From contig OZ176051.1 in assembly GCA_964247055.1 (NCBI GenBank), forward strand, positions 3,348,001 through 3,412,000: a stretch of DNA of 64,000 bases, given 5' to 3'. The number at the start of each line of letters is the position of its first letter. Position 1 is the first letter of the stretch. The notes below the pieces were generated by a model that was not told the DNA's origin, made no database searches, and was given only the letters and a program-made list of their open reading frames with translations. Shown here piece by piece: positions 56,927-64,000 of the stretch. A program made the translations under genes and the position numbers. The DNA comes from Paragordius varius (taxonomy: Eukaryota > Animalia > Nematomorpha).

Positions 56927-59801
56927 TACTTTATATCACCTATTACATTTTTAGATGAAATTTAAATTAATAAATGGATTATGTTAAAGATTTTTTTGAG
57001 TAATATATTTTTGATGTATTTTCTTTACATGTTTCCTACAATTTTATATTTTGCATCCAAATGGTTTAATAACGCTGACTAATCGAGTGATATATATTAT
57101 CAAAAATAATAAATATGAACAAAAATTGTTAAATCCTTTTTAAAAAATTGCACACATTGTTTATTAATTAGATTATACGACAATTATAATATAGGCAGCT
57201 TCCACAAAAAATATCCTCATAAAATATGTATAATCTGATAGGAAAAGGTATCCGGATTATCATTGTGCTTTTGGTTTTGGCCCTTCCAGGTAATTAAAAG
57301 AGTTATTTATACTTTGTTAACTGCTCCATATCAGAAAATGGCAAAATTTGAGTATTTTGTTATAACTTTTTTGGTGAAAGCTTAAGGCTTCATTTTAAAA
57401 AATATCACTACTACATTTAACAAGCAAAACAATATTTTTTAAATGGATGTCGACTCTAAAAGTCTCAAATTTTGAATACATTCAGAATGGGCAAGTTTTC
57501 CTAAGATAAAGGCGAAAGGGCTCAGATTGGGCGATAAAAATTATAAATATATGCTGAATTTTGACATCATATAATTTTTGGAAAAAATGAATTTTTCAAA
57601 AATTTAATTTATAGCAATTTTGAGTGAAGCGAGTTTGATGGTATTATAAAGCATGATAACGGTATAAAATATTTTTCGATGTTATAAAAACACGTTTTAC
57701 ATATAATTCGATTATGTTGAACATTTCTATCATCTCCTAATTTCAATTTAAATTTCGTTTGCTTTTGAATTTGGTGATTTACTCAAAAACATTTTATATT
57801 TAACATAAATGTAAAGACGTATGGATATTTTAATCAGAATTCTGAGATGATAGAAAGGCTCTGCATCATCAAATATATAAAAAAAGTGTTTTTATAATAC
57901 ATAAAATTTATACCGTTTCTGCTTTAAAATTTGGCTATAAATTAAATTTTTTTAGCAAAACACCCATTTCAAAAATATCTTTATTGCCATTATCTAACAT
58001 AAATTGAATATCGTGAAATCTCGGCATTTGCATAATTAAAAACCATCCCATTTTTTAGGGGAGGGGGGGGTAAAATTTTTGGACTTTAAAAGCCTACATC
58101 TAAAAATCAAAGTATTATAAAAATATCGTTTTAATATTGATTTATAGTTTATTATTTATATATCAAATTTTTGGAATAAAGCAGGTTTTTACCAAGGAAA
58201 CTTATTTAACATATGTGCTAATTTTGCTATTTTCGATATCGAGTTATTACCACAAAAGTGTTAATAACTTTCTTACATCATTCGTAAGCCATAAAACTAA
58301 TGCTATGAGAATCTTGATACATTAATCTATCACAGTGGATAGATCAAATATCATCAGGATATTTATTTATATTCCCCACTTTTCGACGCAGTGTATATCA
58401 TTCGAAAACTGTTAAAATCTTTATAATATTCATAAATATAACTGATATTCGAGATATGCAGTAAGAATTTAGAGAAACGAAGGTTTTCTGAATATATTTA
58501 TAAAATTAGCTAAAACATTGTACATTAACAAATAAATGTTCATTAATCAAAAGGTTTTTTGTTTAAAACGATTATTTACTTAATATCGATGGTAATCAAT
58601 TTTTTATATCTCTTATCAAAACTCCGAGAAAAATTATAGTTTTAGAATTGATTAATATAACCGATGTTATAATGAATTTGAGGTTATAACTGTGTATTTT
58701 AGCATTTTCTAGGGAATATATTTTAGGTAAAATATTATATACAATAAAAAATAAAATGATTAACGACTTTTTAATTATATATAAATAATAATATAATTTT
58801 AAAAATATCCAGCTTAGGAAAATCATTGAATCGTTAATAGGTTGCAAAAATTGACCCTATAAAATCAAATATATTTTAAATTAAATTAATCTAGATTATT
58901 ATTACCATTCAAGAATTTCAGTTTTTTGCGCTCTTTTGTATGATGTTAAATACTTTACTATATATTAATGCTTTTCATTTTTAAAAATTTTAGTTCAATG
59001 AATCAGGTCAAAAAATTTTGTTAAACTTTAATTAAAAATTTTTTGATATCTGGACCATTTTTTAATATGATCTATCATTTGCCTACTCAGATAAAATGAC
59101 TTTGGAATTTTTTGAAATAGCCTTCGAAAAAAGTCAACCGGTGAACTGGTAAGATAAATATAAAATTATGAATGGGTATAGGTGAGAAATGCATATTTTA
59201 TATGTGCATTTCACAAGTTGTGTGAAATTACTGCGTTAAATAGTGATTTCGATTAAAAGTTTAACGAAAGATATGAGCAAAAAATCCAATATTTAATATT
59301 AACAGTAATTAACATATTATCAATGTTACCGCATTTATACATGCTAAAACTAAAACAATTGTTTGGAAGTAAATTTGTTTTGAAAAGCTAAAATTTGGTT
59401 TATCTCCTAAAATAATTTCTTTCAAAAGAATTAGGAATGCAAATTTTATGCAAATCTTGTTTTTTACATAAATTATTTTGAATATTTTTCACAAAACTCT
59501 TAATAAAGGTGAAAATTACACAATAATTAAATATGCATGAGTTGTTTTCTTCATCTATCTTGATTTTTTAGCCCTCGATGAAAATATATGGATATTTTCA
59601 ATTTTACTAATTAAAAATTTCCAAAATACTCGCAAACAATAGATTGATAATAGTTTAGGCAACTAATTTGGGTTTGATGAAACTGGTCATGAATACAATG
59701 AAATGACCACCGATTTCAATATTAATCATCTAAAAGATTATAAAATATATATTTTTAAAATAGTATATATATATATAAATTTACAATATTATACCTTTAT
59801 A

Positions 59802-60134
59802 CAGAGGTATTCCACATAAATGGCTTCGCGGGCCGCATTTAAAATAATATATAGAAACAATGAACGGATAGCACTCTATAAAATACAATTTAAATATCTA
59901 ATGGCCTTAAAAAATAATTTAACCATTCATCGAACTATCAATGGTGTTGGATTTGATGCAATAGATATACTTTTTATAAGTTTATTAAGATATGATTTAA
60001 AAAATATTTTTATAGCATTTAATTATATCAAAATTTTGTAAATAATATTTAGCAATTGAATTATATTTTATTTTGTATATAAATCAGTCTGGTAGCATAG
60101 AATTTAGCCGAGTGTCGCATGTTGGACACCCCTA
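59802..60134. mobile_element. hAT (Buster/Charlie-like) MITE, about 333 bp
   Basis: CAGAGGTATTCCACAT..GGCTTCGCGGGCCGCA ... GCATGTTGGACACCCCTA; flanks cctttata / ctttaata look like a decayed 8-bp TSD. Confidence 0.65.
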
Positions 60135-61324
60135 CTTTAATATAGCGATAAGCTATATACGTAATCATATATAAAATCAAAGGCAAGTAATTTTATCATC
60201 TTTTTAAAAATTTATTGAATATTTTTGTCATTTTTTAAGAAATTTATTGAATAACAGTTTTTAAAATTGGATGCAACTAGGGTTGGATTTTGAATGCACT
60301 CACAAACTTTGATGATTCTGACCATTTAAACAACCAGGCAAAAAATAAAAATATTTTTATCACTCGCTATATAAATACATGGAGTTATACGAAATTTTTA
60401 AGATTCTATTTTCCCAAATATGAATCAATTTTGGTTATAAATCTTTGTGAAAATATAATTTATGTATTCCACTCCATGACAGTATTCGGGTCGAAAAGGA
60501 TTTTGAAATTTAAATTTTTACCCTTTAATGTTAAAAAATTCCCTATAAGTGCCTGTATATTATTTGCTCTCAAGATTAAATCTATTTTTGAATAGGGTCA
60601 ATATCCCTAGTAAATTAAAAACTTCATTTATTCACACTTTAATATATATGCTACTTTTATATTAAACATTAAAGTTTATATTGTCCGTATCACCCTAAGT
60701 ATATTATTAAATTTGAAATTATCCGCCAATAAGTGGTGACCTAACAATTCAAAACACAGAGCGATAATAAATACATTTTCAATCATATTTGTCTAAATAA
60801 TAAAAAAAATAGTAGGAATATAAGTTTCAAACGTTTTCCATATTATAAATAATTGATTTAGTCTATTTTTCCGCAATTATATATGTTAAAAAAATGTTAC
60901 AATTTTTATTTGGAAGTATTTTATGTTTCTCGGTGACCCTAAAATATCGAGTTTCAAGACCTTAATTTATTTAACAAATTAATTTATAACATTAGCACAT
61001 AGCGTTGATAAAAATATATTATCTGTGTATTATTATATTATAAATAATATCAAATTACAGTCGCACTAGGCAGCATTTGTTAAATGAATCGCTCTATTTT
61101 TTTTAATATTCTGTTTGAGTTTAATATAGTAATGAAAAAATTATAAAATAATATTTTTTTGGAAATAAAATATTTTTTTAATATTTTCAATTGCAATGAA
61201 AAATAATTTTTAAACTTAAAGAACAATTTTATGATATATACTTATAATAATGTATATATAATTGGTAAAAGTCAATAGACGCCACTTAAGTATTTGTTCT
61301 GTCAATTATAAATTGAATATCTTA

Positions 61325-61486
61325 CAGTAGCGTATGGCATATACAATATTAATCCATAAAAGAATAAAAAAATGTTTTCCTTAAAACAAGGGGATATTAT
61401 GGATATAGGTATATACAACTGGCTTGTTTTTTTTTTAAAAAAATATTTTTTTATGGACTAATGATGTTTTATGCCATACGCTACTG
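61325..61486. mobile_element. Tc1/mariner-pogo-type MITE (162 bp)
   Basis: TA|CAGTAGCGTATGGCATA ... TATGCCATACGCTACTG|TA: perfect 17-bp TIR with further imperfect internal pairing. Confidence 0.85.
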
Positions 61487-63377
61487 TAATACACCATATT
61501 GATATGTTATAAACTATATGAAGTTTTTATTAACAAATACTAAACAAGGGTAATCTCTAATCAGTGACGGAAAAAACAAATTTTACATGAGAGACAATCT
61601 ATATGTATATAAGTAAGTTCCTGTTAAAATTTGATTGAATTTTCTCAATCATAAAAAATTGATTTATAGTATAAACTAATATAATTTTAGCAATATTGGT
61701 TTGACACTTCCCATACTTTTTTTTACATAAATATTTAATAACTTATCCATATTAAAATAAATTTATAATTAATTAATATTTAAGAAATTAAGCATTAGTA
61801 TGTGCTTATAATATTTTTTATCCAAAGTAATCCTATAATGAACGTAACTAAAATTGTTGTAATTAGTACTCTTAATTTTTTCTCGTTTAACCGTGTAGTG
61901 AATTTCTATGTTAAATGATCAAACATAATCATATATATGCATATATAATATATTTAAACTTACTTTTTTTGATATTTTTAAAAAATTGACTATATTTAAT
62001 AAAAATAATTGTTCATTTGATGATGCTTGAAAGGTTATATATATATGATATCCAATTACTCACACATGCTTACTGAAAGAAACAGTTTAAAAATCAAATC
62101 AAATATGTATAAGTGTTCTTTAACTAAATAAATTGAATCAATATGATATTGACGGGAAATAACTGCAAAACTTTTAAGTTATTTTATTTTAAATTATGTT
62201 AAATAAATTATAACATGAAACATTAATATTTTTTTATTTATATTCAATTGATAAATAAACAGTTTATATAAATATATTTTTTGTAATTTAATATGGCGCA
62301 ATTGAGATAGCTTTAGTTTAAGAGGTTAAAATTTATCCATAATACATTTATTTATTTAATCATTACAGAAATTAATTTATATAAACATTTAGAAAATCCA
62401 CCAAATACAAATAAATGAATATTTTTGGAAACCTGATATTATTTAAGTCGCATATGTATATAGAAAAAAAGGACAAAAAATGTAAGATATAGTTTAAAAC
62501 AGTAGTGTATTCTTCCCTCGATAGAATTAACACTTTGGAAATGCAAAAATAAAAATATGCCAATATTATTAAATATCAGTTATTCATTTGTTTGTGGCTT
62601 CATATTGTAATTTGATGCCCTGCTTATTGGTTCTCTCTTGATTGAGTTATAATGAACTCATATTCATTAAATAAAAACAATACAAAATGGACAATTTAAA
62701 GCCTATTAATTGTTTTTGCTTTTTTTGCTTGTAAGGATACCCGACGTCGACTTTCTGCATTAATATGTTGGTTTTGTCATTTGATCTTTAATTTCTCAAA
62801 TATGTATACCTTATTCTTTTACCATTCAACGGATTAAAAATCAGTATTAATAATAATTCATAAATTGTGATAATCTTTTCTTATTGTTTCGTCCTTTACA
62901 TCTAATAATGTACTTTACTAATTACTTTAAAACAATAATTAATGTTTGACACTTCAGAACAATTGACTCCTAAAAATATTTGCAAATCATAATTTGATAT
63001 CTATACATAAATATCAATGTGACTTGCAGTCTCCCTATCAGATTAAATTATTAGTAAAATCCGATATCAATAAATATATCATTGTAAAGGAAATAAAGTA
63101 TAAAAACTGGTTGGTAATTTAAAACTTTTCTCCCACACAACTATCATATATATAAATATAAATATATGAGAAATATATTTATATTTAATAAATATATAGA
63201 TAATATTTAAAAAATCATTTATTAACTTTTAAATCAAAAATTTATCAACACTTTATTTCTTAGATTTTATTTCGAATTTCGTTAACTAATTTTTTAATTT
63301 CTCACCTGTGCCGTATAACAGCTCTTTATATGTACGATAATATACCAATTTTTAATATTACTGAAAACTGTTTTACC

Positions 63378-64000
63378 ATGGAACCATTAAATAATATTTC
63401 CAATAAAATACCCAATATCATTAGTCCTCATGTAAAATTTGTTCAGAGTATTGATCACAGCGTAGATGATATAAATCACTGTCCATCGTCTGCGTTAAAA
63501 AATTTGAATGATTTAGAAACTATTTATCCTGGAATCTACGGACCTGCTCACAATTTTATTTCATACCCACCATTTTCTCCATTTTTGCCTCCCAGCCATA
63601 GCTACGGGAGTGAAAATATATTTTTGGGTAAATCTATATTTGATTTCCCTAACACTTTCCAACAGGAATCGTATTCTTCCAGCCCCTTTCTAAACTCTAA
63701 TATACATCCTCCAGAAGCAAAGGCATTAAGTTTCCTGGATAATTCCACGCCATCATCGAATATCGTATTAGACCCTATAAATTATTCTAATTTAGAAGGT
63801 ATGACTATCCCAGCAAAGCGAGAAATGATCGTGCTGGCGCAAGAAAACTCTCAACTACCTCAAAGCAATATTCCGGCCACTTTAGTTAGAAATGCCCCTC
63901 CACAAAAGGCAAAAAGTATTGACCCCGAAATAACAAACAATAACAACTGTCCCAATACAATATCATTGGAGATTTCTCAAATAAATCCCCAAATACAGTC
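63378..64000 (+). CDS. 5' part of an unidentified gene; Pro/Ser/Asn-rich low-complexity N-terminus, open to the window edge
   Basis: accATGG start and 207 stop-free codons (MEPLNNISNKIPNIISPHV...NPQIQ) with higher GC than the flanks. It is absent from the ORF track because no stop codon lies inside the window. No recognisable domain. Confidence 0.65.
   Translation, partial: MEPLNNISNKIPNIISPHVKFVQSIDHSVDDINHCPSSALKNLNDLETIYPGIYGPAHNFISYPPFSPFLPPSHSYGSENIFLGKSIFDFPNTFQQESYSSSPFLNSNIHPPEAKALSFLDNSTPSSNIVLDPINYSNLEGMTIPAKREMIVLAQENSQLPQSNIPATLVRNAPPQKAKSIDPEITNNNNCPNTISLEISQINPQIQ

Noticed and set aside
57000-63300. Short ORFs at 58137, 58596, 59820, 60290 and 62372
   Set aside because: They have Ile/Phe/Lys-biased AT-rich composition, overlap repeats, and show no splice-consistent extension or motif.

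Overview
This is AT-rich animal (probably protostome invertebrate) nuclear DNA with spliced genes and standard GT-AG introns. It contains no rRNA, tRNA or CRISPR that I can recognise, and the species cannot be fixed from sequence alone. I rebuilt the gene models by hand, checking splice phase at each junction. In order they are: the 3' 15 exons of a miRNA-class Argonaute (+), an intronless ABRA/STARS (+), an enlarged SREBP (-), a secreted protein with four copies of a Cys-rich module (-), V-ATPase subunit H (-) head-to-head with mitochondrial TFB1M (+) with only 56 bp between start codons, and a 2x chitin-binding-domain secreted protein (-). A tight co-oriented trio follows: Shisa-like, TEX12-like, and a calnexin-like protein with no P-domain. 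A Pro/Ser-rich ORF then runs off the right edge. Intergenic and intronic DNA holds a decayed Buster/Charlie-type hAT transposon, several MITE families and an RTE-like LINE 3' fragment. The strongest signal is 14 introns of only 22-30 nt that must be spliced to keep reading frames open. They are restricted to five genes and mostly to their 5' parts, while Argonaute, SREBP and the chitin-binding gene have only introns of 55 nt or more. The supplied ORF track misses most of these genes because these tiny introns break them up.
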